A stretch of 63,928 nucleotides of DNA, the filler included, from Phoronis australis (lineage: Eukaryota > Animalia > Phoronida), in assembly GCA_002633005.1 (NCBI GenBank). It is 6 parts of 6 records of this genome, joined end to end, with 100 filler letters (N's around TTAATTAATTAA, not from the genome) between each part and the next. Parts side by side here need not be neighbours in the genome. Positions count along the whole stretch, not along the records: positions 1 to 27,292 come from NMRA01000250.1; 5 more parts are not named here. One strand, given 5' to 3'. How positions within the stretch are numbered: position 1 is the stretch's first letter; each line of letters opens with the position of its first letter. Shown piece after piece: positions 11,265 through 23,147 of this stretch. The position numbers and the translations under genes are program-made. The notes under the pieces were generated by a model. It searched no databases. It was not told the DNA's origin and saw nothing but the letters and a program-made list of their open reading frames with translations.

Positions 11265-13573
11265 CTCTCTGTGTTCACTGTCTCCCCTGTTCTTGGACAC
11301 TGACCAGCTCTAGCTGTTTCCCTTAGTTTTACTTTTTGACATCCTGGTCCCAACAGTGTCATGTTACACGTGATGTTGAGACTGTTTATGCTTGTTTTGG
11401 CCAATCTGTCAACATACAGTCTGTCCAATTTTGAGTTGGCCAGCCTGATGAAACAGCCTTTCCAATTTCGTTTTGTCCTTTCTGTCAACAACACAGTCTG
11501 TCTATGCATGTGTTTTCCTTTCTCCTAACAACTCATCATTCCCACTTTTGTGTTTGCCAATCTGTCAAAAACTCATTCTGTTCTATTTTGTGTCGCCCCC
11601 ACGTCCCGCCCCCGTTTGTGTTGGCCAATGTGCCCCACTACTTGTTGGTCAATCTGTTAGTGATAGTCAGCTTGTGGTGGCCTATTTGATGATACCACTG
11701 TCTTTCTAATCTTGTGTTGGCTTATATGGCAACAACACAGTCTAAGTTCTGCTGACCTGTCTTACAACAGTAGTCTTTCTAAGCTTATGTTGGCCTGTCT
11801 GACAACGTACTCTGTCCAAGTTCTTTTGGCCTCTGACAACACAGTCTGTCTTTAAGTTCTGCAAAGTTGTTTCATTCTTGTTTTGAATTCTACAACCGAA
11901 ATGGCAGTTCACGAGGGCTTAGAAGGTGCATTTTTAATTATTATTTTGGATTTCAGAATAAAATGAATCTGTTTCTTTGGACTGACATCTGTGACATAAT
12001 GTACATACCTTGATGTAAGGGTGGGGAATTTCTTAGCACTATGTGTATACTGTAGTTCAAAGTCTTATTTTTGAAAGGTTATGTGTTAAACCTATGAACT
12101 AATTGGTCTCAGCTTGTTTCTTACTCAAATGAGAAGTGATTTTGGTCTTGCCTCAAAATGAGTTTGTTATCGCTCAATACCATGCTCGGCAAATAAAATG
12201 ACATCTACGCCGTGACAAGTCAGCTTGTAGAGCCAGGTCCCAAGCAATGATAATATGTGAGTTCTTTCCAACACTAGAATCAACTCAAATTGACTGAGGA
12301 ACAATTTGAAATCAATTTCATAATGGAATAAATTCATGTACATCTTAATTTTTTGTTGACTGATTGGGGTTTATAGCCCATTTAACTGTGGAGGAAGTCG
12401 TTGTTTCTTTGTTTTTCAAACAGGAAATTCATCGAACTTACACAATAGGACCACCCACTTGCAGAAGTGCAATCAAATAATTTCTCTTTAAATGATCTGT
12501 TCAAAACTCATAATGAGTTCTATTTCAACAACATCACTTGATGCCTTGCAGGGTTTTAGCAAACTCCAATCTGGGTTATGTAAGGCAGCCCAAATCTTAC
12601 TGTTATCAGTCATTGAGTTCTTGTTGATTCAAGCTATAACCATGTGTACTTACACTAGCCACATTCAGAGAACCAGAAATTAAAGTATTTGTCCTAAATT
12701 GGAGCCTGAGCAATGGTTGGGGCAAGACGAATGCTTTTGTAGAATTGTCTTGTGCCTCTTTCTATCCCTCAAAGTTCTGTCTTAAAGAAATTAAATACTC
12801 AGTAGGAATCAGTGTCACCCAGCTTAGAAATAGTCGGTTTTGTATAGTAGTTTTGAACCAGGGATACTATTCACATGCATATATAGCAGCAATATTTGCC
12901 ATCTTCAATTATAATAAGGTTGATAAATTTTGATATGAATGTAAAGTAATTATGCTACCTTTTTAATGTTTTTGTTAAAAACGTGGCCAGATTAATTCCA
13001 TAGTCCTCAGGAAGATAATACTTTGCAATAGGCTGGAATATCCTAATATGTTATAATATTACAATTATATGTTATATTATTATGTCATTATATTATTGTT
13101 GCATAATATATGATTTATTATATTTTAATATTAGACTACAGTAGTCAGGAATATTGACTACTGTTGGAATAGTCTGTTAACAGACCAAGTACACTAAGGT
13201 CAAACAGAAGTTCCGTTGACTTTCACCTTGGCTACTGAGAACACAATATTTCAGTGTTCTTCTAACACGTGAGCAATGCTCATTCTGCTGTGAACATGAC
13301 CGTGATTTGGACAGGACAGACTATCTGTTCTAATCCTTTTCTACCTTTTCATTCAAAGTTATTTGTTATTGGGGGCATTGATGTTCTGCAAACATTTCTT
13401 GCGTAAGTTTAAGTAGTTCTCGGTCTGACAAAGTAACAGTTGTCGTCAATTGCTCCTGTACATTCAACTTCATGACACTGATGTAACAGTAAATGTTTTG
13501 CAGGCATTTCTTTTATTAAGTTTCACAATCAGCATTCTGACGGAAAAATAAACTGTTATTGTCAATCGCTCCT

Positions 13574-14049
13574 TTACTTTGTACACACGGCACATGTCAA
13601 CTTTTTGTCATTGATGTAACTGGGACAAGGAAGTGACCCACACTTAGCACATACAGCATAGAACATAGCACCATCTTCATTTCGATACCCAGCTGGATCA
13701 CCTTCCGGAGCCTCATCTACACACACATATTCAAAATTGTTTTTATGCCCATGATATCCTGTCATTAAGTATCCCTGGTACTCCAGTGTCCACCCTGGGA
13801 AGCAGACGTTACGTGCAGGAATCATCAGCTGACTGGAACGTTTGCCGTTGTAGCAGACGGCACATGGAACATTCTGGTCATGCAAGTTGCCTTCATGGTT
13901 GCTAGTCAGGAATTGATCAGTTTGCTGATATTCTGCACCATAGACGAAAGCACTGCACCCCCCACCTTTGTTCCATAGAGGGCGTTTAGGCAGACAGATA
14001 TAGTTAGAAGCGCCTCCAGTGTGTTGGTACCAGGATCCACCAGCGTGAC
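13574..14049 (-). CDS. Last exon, short-chain collagen C4-like domain (copy A)
   Basis: Open frame GHAGGSWYQHTGGASNYICLP...LTCAVCTK*; AATAAA on the minus strand at 13512-13517. Confidence 0.92.
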
Positions 14050-17000
14050 CTTTTTAAAAGTTATTAAGAAGGAATTAGTTGTTGGACAATAAGAAACAGT
14101 CTACATACTATCGCCTAGTATTGTGGTGGCACAAAATTGTTTTTCGCGTAACAAGTATGCAAGGCAGACCGATTTTTTTTCATTCACAGACATGTTGAAA
14201 TGTTGAACAGTTTTAGTTGTAATGTTTGAATATCCTACTCCTCAAGAGTGTCAATTTGATGGTTAAATTTGTGATCGCAAAGAATTTATAAATAACACTG
14301 GCAAGGGTAATGTCTCACTGCATTAAATCCATTCAAAGTGACACTGTCGAGTACCCTATTGCCATCTTACTACAATACGTATTTCATGATGACAATCTTC
14401 TGTCTGAATGATTTACCATGTTGAGAAGGAACTTGCTAGTAACTCGACTTAAAAACCAAATGTTTTGCAGACTTTAGATCGCACAGGATTCTCATAGAAA
14501 GGATTTGTTGGAATTTGTAGTCTTCTAATAAAGCAACGATGAAATAAAGCAAAAGAGAGGATTGTTTGACAATTAAGTCTCTTTCAGAGGTTCTGGATTT
14601 TGAGAACCTGTTGGATGCCTGTTCTTCAGTGGTGAAAACTGTTTCTCAGAATGTGGGACCCCTCTAAGTGACTGTTATGCCATTTAGTTCTTTTTAGAAT
14701 AGTGTTATCATAGATGTATTATATTGCGTCTTTGTGGCTCTAGTTAGAAAAGTTACAAAAAGCTTCTACATGTTGCATCATTCGTGCTACCCTGTTACTA
14801 TCAGCTCACGCTTGAACTTTGGCATCCTAATTAGCTGTCACAAAATGATGTAGGCCTATATTAAGAATATTTTAAAGTGGAATTTTTGTGCGTATTTCTC
14901 ATGTCTGTCCTGATTTGACCAAATTGAGTTGACAATCAATATGCTGCGAGGTTGTGACTACAAAGTGGCATTTAAAATTGATAGATGTTCTCAAGTTTTA
15001 CGGTGTAAATGAACTCCCGCCAATCATCAGCCCATGACTTCAGTAACACCGTGACATACGTGCTTCTGTATGATGGTGGTTGGAAGGAGGGGCAATGACT
15101 GAGGCACGTCATTTGAACGAGGGTCATCCCTCTGAATACAACTGGAGGTTGATTAGCACCGGATATGTTATCAGTAAGGTATCACTAATTTCTAGTTATG
15201 CTTTACCTAATCATATTAATTAATAGCATGCAGATCTTTGAACTACAGTCAATTTCCTCACCCTCGTAGACCAATTCGCTGTCGCTACCGCAGGTTTTTC
15301 TTCCCCATCTGATATACACAGCGCCACCTAGGAGATAATTGTGGGACTTAATTTTTTGAATTTTAGTCGTTTTGATGTTTTATCCTATTCCGATAGCCTA
15401 GGAGCAACGGTTTGACTCCACTAAGATTTAAATCTGTGTCTCCACAAGATGTTTTGGCCTCATATGAAAATAACCTCTCAAATTTAGTTTAGCCAAGTAC
15501 ATGTGATATTATTACTACGCTTATCAATGAGGGAGATGAGGAAATAGTTTAAACAGTAAGGTTTATATTAAGATTTCTGTTTTTAGTCTGTTTTTCTTTG
15601 CAACTTTTCATGAATCCATAATGAATAGTTTTTAATGTATTAATATTAAGCAGATGATTTGAAGCAATGTTGAATAAAGTAATCGCCTACACCAAACATG
15701 TATACAAAATGTCCTTTGCGTCTACTTGTATCATATGAAGCTGCTTTTTTTCTCACTCACACTACCGCAAGAACGCAGAACTAACAGTGAAAGCAAAATA
15801 CGGTGAAATCTCAAAAGTAATTTGGGACAAAATTAATTGGAAAAATTGGCATTTTTTATTTTTCAGTGGATGCTAACATTGCTGTGTATGCCCAGTTGTT
15901 GAAAACTTTCTATGACATTACCTGTGGTATAAAAATTGAATGTGGGAAAGCATTCAATTTTGTGCTATACATGGATGAATAATGAAATAAAACTCCACTT
16001 GATGGCCATATTGTGTCCTAGATTGTTGAGATTTTAAGGCAGCATTTGCAAGTAATGAAATGTTACTCAATCGAAATCTCAAAAAGCAAAAAGTTATTGA
16101 TGGGTGTAACTGTATGAGCCTGATTCCCCTTTAGACATACGTTTTAAAACGTTTACAAATGATGTTTACCTGAGGCATTACTCATGAAAGAACTATTGCA
16201 ATGGTCAATAATGGTCAAGGCCTTGGAAATTATAACTATGTTAAAAATTCTTCAGTTTGAAAAAATGAAGGTCAGAGCTTGCACGGCCATTCCAAATTCA
16301 AGAATTACAATCACCGACGAATAATCATTCTCAGTCAATGCTACACACTGATGAAACATATGAAAACCTTTCATCTAAGGTAATCTTAAACAATTTTGGT
16401 GACTGCCAAGTCTATCTTTGGACTGCGATATTTGAGAATTATTAATTATGAACGCTATAAAATACCCGATATCCCAATATTCGAACGTATCTCACGAAAT
16501 GATTTTCAAATAATTTTGTGATAACAACATTTGTTGCAGTATACTGACTAGGGCAAGAGCAGATTATTTGTTTTAATATAACTTAGCAAATAATTTTAAA
16601 ATAGCTTGTCATCACACCCGCTTTCGAGTTCTGAGCTCCACAACAGTGATATGATGAAAAGCTTGCATACCTCTTCGGCTGAAGTTCCCAAGACTCCGTC
16701 TAGCAATATGCTCAAGAGACCGTTTCGAGATACCCTGAAATGTAACCAATGTATTTATTTATTATTTATTATGGAGACAGTATTGTATTCATTCACAGAA
16801 TACAATACGAAAACAAATGAATCTTGTATGCAATACCTCTCCAGTCTCGTGGGTGTATACCGGTAAGTCACGTGAATACCAAATAACACCCAAACAGTTG
16901 CACACTGTGACAATCTAGTGCCCTAAGTAAAAACTTTGTAAGAGTTTCCGGATAATTTAGAAACAAGTCTAAGAAAGTAAGATTGCTTCTTGGAGGTTCA

Positions 17001-18637
17001 AAAATTCAAATCTCGATTAAAAGTTTGTTTAACATGTCAAAAATATAACTGGTAATGCCATATTTCAGAAATTGACCTATTTCTTGCAAGCACAAGACGA
17101 AAACAGAACAAGACTTGCTATTAATACACACGTGTGTCAGAACAAAATAGTCACATGTTGTGAGCCCTATGTGCACCTGCATTTTCACTTCCAAAAACAA
17201 AAAAGGTCAAAAACTACTCTTTGATGCTGTGAAAGGGAGTTAGTACACAGTCAACCGCATAATTTTTTGTCAACAATTTTGTCTTCTTTTCTAAAGCCCA
17301 CCCCTTGGTCCACCCAAGTACAGTGTCATTCTGACATCGTTACTTGAGTTAAAGTAGGCATTTGAAAATGACATGTAAGCTGGTATCAGGTAAATTATAG
17401 TTTTTAAAACAAAAGTATATTAAAAATGCTCAGTCAAAGAGCAGAATCAAATATGTTTTTTTTTTTTGATGACCATTTTGTCTTCTTTTCTAAAGCCCAA
17501 CCCTCGGTCCACACAAGCGCAGTTGCATGCTGGAGTCGTTACTTGAAAAGTAGGCATTTTAAAATGACGTAAGCTGGTATCAGGTAACTTACAGTTTTAT
17601 CAGATTTCAAAACGGAAGAGCAGAATCAAATATGTTGATAGCCTAATGTGGATCTCGTGCGAGATCGCTTTTTCAGTACAGCTGCTAACGGGACCAAATC
17701 AACAGTTATCGCCGTTTGCCATATATTATCTGAAATCGAGGCTAGAGACTTTACCGGTTAATATACATTTAAAATACTTGGTCATTGGGTCAGTGGGATT
17801 GAGCTTTGCTTGGAGATTGTTAAACTGGAACACAGGATTCTAGGTTCGATTCCACGCTTAGATTGATCTTGAAAAATAAGTGTTCTCAACATTAATGTCC
17901 CTTTAAGTAAGCCACAGGTTCTATTGTGTAATAGCACTCTACCTAATCAAATAAATTAATCCTGGTAAGTGTTCTGTTGGACTTTTACTTACTGATAGAA
18001 TTAAAAGCTCTCTGGAGCTTCTCACTCGCTTCTTGCGGAATGGTTGAATAGTTGAAATAACGTGGCAGGTGAATTTTCCATTAATGTGCTCTTGCGAGAT
18101 ACCATCTATTGTTATTTCTGGCAGATTTGCTGTCCACTGCTTGGAACGACACTATAGATGGCATCGCCTGAGAGAATAACAGGAAGTTTCAACTGTCTCG
18201 TTTAATTTACTTGATTATATATGTTTCCTAGGTGGATAATCATTTATGTTTATTATTTTAGTAAAACACTCAACCTGATATTGCACTTGGAGATTGTTTT
18301 CTGTACGTGCAAAATTGTTTGCTAAATAAAGACTAAATTTTACCTTTGAAAAGCTTGTCTCTGTCTTGATGTTTTGACTCTCAATCATGTCAATTTTCCT
18401 CATTGTATAGCTGTTCCAGGTGACTAGTATCAGCAGTGAAATGCACATAAATGCGTTGAACCACATGATTCTAAACCATTTCACAATTGTTGGCCACTGC
18501 ATCTTGTTGAGCCATTGCATCTTGCTGAGCCATTGCATCTTGCTGAGCCTCTGAATCTTACTGAGCCTCTGAATCTTGCTGCCTTTGAAATGCGTTGGAC
18601 TGTACGTATTCTGTTGTTTTCTTTTTATATAGCCCAT
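13574..18637 (-). CDS. Type II transmembrane protein with C-terminal short-chain collagen C4/spongin NC1-like domain; complement(join(13574-14049,15262-15327,16671-16734,17993-18151,18344-18637))
   Basis: Exon phases are compatible (0,0,1,1). TM segment IMWFNAFMCISLLILVTW, basic linker, then GAVYIRWGRKTC..LVYEGHAGG..NYICLP..YGAEY..VPCAVC..MIPARNVC..GWTLEYQGYLM..YVCVD..CGSLPCPSY..LTCAVCTK*. Exon 17993-18151 is the least certain. Confidence 0.85.
15262..15327 (-). CDS. Exon encoding start of the C4-like domain
   Basis: ctAG|GGAVYIRWGRKTCGSDSELVYEG|GTGAGG; phase 1-1. Confidence 0.9.
16671..16734 (-). CDS. Basic linker exon
   Basis: tttcAG|GISKRSLEHIARRSLGNFSRRG|GTATGC; phase 0-1. Confidence 0.75.
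17785..17860 (+). mobile_element. tRNA-derived SINE head (decayed)
   Basis: A-box-like TGGGTCAGTGG and B-box GGTTCGATTCC; no full cloverleaf. Confidence 0.4.
18344..18637 (-). CDS. First exon: cytoplasmic N-terminus with 6-aa repeats and TM anchor
   Basis: ATG at 18637, 18-bp coding repeat (KIQRLS/KMQWLS), hydrophobic segment, AAG|GTAAAA donor; TATA-like TATAAAAA at ~18749-18756. Confidence 0.8.
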
Positions 18638-19668
18638 GTTATCACTTGTAAACAGTTGCTTCCGAATTTTTAATGTTAACGTTTCTACATGAAATAGCGA
18701 TTAGGAAACGCCTGTAGTCAATACCGGCTGATAATGGCTGGTGCCTGATTTTTATAAAAATCATTTGTTTGTTTCTGCTTAATGGTGGTCAATTGGGAAT
18801 TTGTTTGTGTCATATGTTTCAACAAAAGATTATTAACAGAAGCTATTATAAAACAAAAGTTTGATAAAATTTGTGAAAATTTAAAGACCTGACAGTAGTG
18901 CTAATTAGGTTTAAGCCAAAATTGCAAACAACAAACTGGAATGAGTCATTAAGCACGAAGTGGTGATCATGTTTTCATTGAAGAAGTCAAGAATGAATTC
19001 CTTTCTTATCATGGTTTTATTGTTCTCTAAGGGTTCTACCCTAACTAATGAACTAAATGATGATTTTCAGAGATGGCAATGAATGAGATTTCAATGAACC
19101 GAAATGGTATTTTCATGCATGATTGTGCATGTTTTAGAGTTGAACCTTGGCTGTGGTGTGATACAGTAATTGCTCAAGTATTTAACACATAATATGGCCA
19201 ATGTGTGCAATTTAATATCAAATTTCACCATAAAAATAAAGAATAAAACAACTGTTAGTTCATCACTAGCATTGGTTGTATTGCGTGGACGTCACAAGAC
19301 AATTGGTTGTACTGCGTGGACGTCACAAGACAATTCTTGATATCGTTGATTTACAGCAAGGCAACCGGTGTCTTGGAAAAATGGAAAAATGTCATTGGAG
19401 GTCTACCCTAATCACAGAATTACAGAGCACAATCATTTAGTTAAAACCAGGATGTTTAGAGCATGGTGTTAACTTCTTGGAACTCAAACCAGGAAGTTTG
19501 TTCTTAATTTGTCTATGGCTGGGTTCATACTGAAAGTTTCCCTGTTTTTGGGAGATCGCATTACCAATTTGACACTCAACTTTTAAACTGTGTCCAGAAG
19601 GAAATAGTTGTACAGGAGCTGGGTAATTAAAGTACTAAATGTTCTGCCCAGGAGAACATGTTCAAACA

Positions 19669-20267
19669 CATGTCGTGAACACATCCACTAAAACAAGAAA
19701 CTGTAGGAACACTGCATTTATCCACCTTCACTCTTATCAGGCTTCTATTGTGAGTCAGCATGCGTGAATAATTGGCTGATAAGCCACCTCTGGAACTACT
19801 TTTGGCTGAATGGATGACCAGGCCATAAAATGATAATATTAGCCAAGACCAGTTACTAATGCAACAAAGAATAATGTCGTAGTATCACCTAGCCTTGGTG
19901 GAAAGCTGTATACTGTATTGGCTCTAATAAACGCTTAGAAAAAATCATTTCACGGGGAGGGGATTCTTATTGTAGCCTACGGCAGTTGAAAGCCGGTTTC
20001 CCAAACGGGTAAAATCGGAAGCTAGGATTCATAAAATTTACGCTTTGTGACGAATTTTTAGCCTATGACAGTCTTTCTACAAAATTGTGGTGCATTGCTA
20101 TGAACTTCCGTTGTTAAATTACGATAATTTTTCAAAAAATTGTGCTCATCACAGGGCGAAAACTTGCCGACTGATGCGTCGCCGCTGAATCGCCATCGTC
20201 AATAGGAAAACTTGTACTCTTGAATAAAAATATAGTTTCGACTCAACAAATTACCTGAAATCTTCCT
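19669..20267 (+). repeat. Young dispersed repeat; near-identical inverted copy at 58157-58756
   Basis: Reverse complement matches over ~600 bp with few differences, e.g. AGGAAGATTTCAGGTAATTTGTTGAGTCGAAACTATATTTTTATTCAAGAGTACAAG. Confidence 0.9.
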
Positions 20268-23147
20268 GATGTTTTACAATTTTTAAAGTTCATGTGGAGT
20301 CCAGATTAATTGCGATTAAGTCCAAATGTGCGCTACATCGTACTCCACAACAAGAGAAAAATCTCTGGATGAACACACATGTTGTTGTCACGTGACGTTT
20401 GTTTTGAAGGTCGTCTGTGTATGAGAGTGAGTGAGCGTGCGTGTGCGGGTCATCGACGATAGACTTTTTTGTTACAAAAGGCGGAGGATTATGCAAGAAA
20501 ATGGCGTTTACTAGATTGTTTTTCACTTAAACGGCTGTAACGTGCAAGGTGAGTGCTGGTTAACTCACAGATTTTGTGTGCACAGGCCGACTGTCGTTAG
20601 CTCTGCCGTGGAGTATTAATAGTCCAAGGCTCGATCTACATGTTGGGGACGAAATGAACTACCCGGGCTGTGTGAAATTTCTGGGTCTAACGGAGACACT
20701 GACGCAGTGGTCAGTCAGATCGCTGTATCAAGACTATAGTCAAAATCCAAATTCGTTTTATCGTGTCCCTGTCAATAATAACGGCATGTTAAAGCCTTCT
20801 TAATTTTCGTACTCCAGGAACATAACAATCACGTGTTTTGTACACATACGCGCACGCCGCAGATCACATCTCGGAAATTGCCGATTTGACGGATGACAAT
20901 GAATGAACACAATGAAATTAACAACGTCGTTTTACAGCTTGTAAGATTCATAATAAAAGTATTTTGAATATTGCAATGCATGTGTTCCAAAATCTAAATA
21001 ACTTGGGTCCTATATTTTTGTATTAGTGCGCGCCGAATGAAAGTAATCGTGAGTGTTGCTGTGTTGCAAAATCTCTTATCCTGGGCCGATTTGAAAAATT
21101 CCAAGTATTACTCATATTTGTTTTCGCTCCTCTTTTCAAATATTACAGTAAAAACTACGTAAAACTCTCACCATAAAAAGTACAGTCTGCTAGCTAGATT
21201 GTAATCAGCTGATCATATCCGCATGAGCGAAGCCAATTATCCTCGCTCGTGACTCGATGACTAGAGCAGCCTGGCGGCATCCCTTTAATCGTGAGCCGAG
21301 TGCGACTCAGCCAAGGTGGATACATACGGTCTAGTTCAATTTTCCATACCCCGCCGTTTACCTTAACCACTGGGGTTAGAACCAATTTTATTTAGTGGGA
21401 ATGTTCATAGCATGAACAGTCAATTTGTGGTCCTGTATTGATGACAAGTGAAACATTTGGTATGGGAGATCTGAGAGTTCACAACTTAGTTAATTCAAAG
21501 GTGATCAAGTGCTGCTTATGGTAGTTTGCATTCTAGTGTACGAACTATTTTTCCCTTGAGAGCTTTGTGTACGAAGTAATAGTGACAAAATTGGCCATAC
21601 GAACTATTAGACAAGAAAGTCGAGTGTTCGAATAATTAGAGATAAAGATCGGCGATAGCAATGAGTGCAACGACGGCCTCTGAGACGGTGGTTTGGCAAT
21701 GTGAATGATATTATAAGTAACAAATTAATTTACCGGGTCCGAGTTTACTTCCTTCAATTTGAACTCTTCGTCACTTTATTTTCTTCCCATGTTCGCAAAC
21801 TTCAGGAACCACGCCGCCTTCGGTATCTCTGCTTTCTGCTATGTCATCTGGGACATTTAGTTTCCGACTGCAATGCGCTAGATAAAATGTGTATTCGAAA
21901 GAATCAGGCCAGAGAAATGTGACGGTTTTGTCCTCTCTCCCAATTCGATTTATAAGGGAAGCTCTGGGATTTTGAACAATTCTCACACATCACGGAAAGA
22001 TGTCAAGTTCTCCCTATTTTGATGAAATTCTGAAAATGTACTTGGCCAGGTCACCAAGGATGTGTGGCAACAGAAAGGACAGTGTGCCTCACAGGGTTAA
22101 TTTGCTGCCTCTTGATTTCGGAATTCAAGTTATGAATATGTTACTGGGTATTGTGTATGATCTTGAAATAATAAAAAATGGAAGCCAGGTTTTGTTTTTT
22201 CGCTGATTGTCAATCAAGCAGGAGTAAGTTGATTTTACCTATGTCGCTGGCGGTTCTTGTTGCGTGTCCTGGTGCTTAATTGAAATTTCTCAAAACTTAG
22301 CTTAGTAGAGCAGTAGGCGCTTACCATATTTCCTAAAATATCAAAGGTGTTATAGACGAATGCTATTCGTGAATTTTTGCAGTAATTAGAATCTGAATGA
22401 CTGCAGTAGTAAGAAATGTTATTAAGATACAATTTCTTGGGGCAAACTCCGCCTTAAGGCCTGTCTGTGTAGATATAGTTTCCACCTACCTGTATAGCCA
22501 CCTGCTGTCACCAAAATGGCTGAAAAACGATTTTTCAAGCTCTATACTAGCGTAGTAAAGCAAAATTATGGATTCTGAGTACCTGAATAGAATTGCTTTT
22601 TGATTAGTGTTCTTTGTAAGAATGTAAATTTATATTTTACTGATCCAAAAATCTTGTATGAAATATTTTTCCGACACAAATATGTGTACAAACTATTTTT
22701 CCCTCGGACGCCTACTGTACGAACTATTAAAGGCAAATGTCATGTTTCAAGGGCCATGTACGAACTAATAGAGTGTATGATCCATTAGAGAAAACACTGT
22801 ATGGTAGGCAGCCTGAATCTTATTGTTAATCCAGTTATTGAGTTTTACTTGATTCATATTGCAGCCATGTGTAATTATGTTAACTCTCCACATTAGAGAC
22901 CCAGAAAAAATATTCATCCTAAATGGGAGCCTGAACAATGGTTCTCTAACATGTCACTGGGTTGGGGCAAGATGAATGCTTTCATAGAATTGTCTTGTAC
23001 TTCTTTCTCGATGTAGCAATCAATGTCACCCTGCTTAAAAAATAGTCCGTTTCGTATATGCTTTTTGAGCCAGGGATACTATTCACATGCATATATGGCA
23101 GTAATATTTGCCATCTTCAATAATAATAAGTTATATGTTATAAGTTA

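Noticed and set aside
11340-11860. Degenerate ~40-bp ACAACACAGTCTGTC repeats as a coding region
   Set aside because: An in-frame stop lies upstream of the orphan exon and the frames are inconsistent; an old minisatellite
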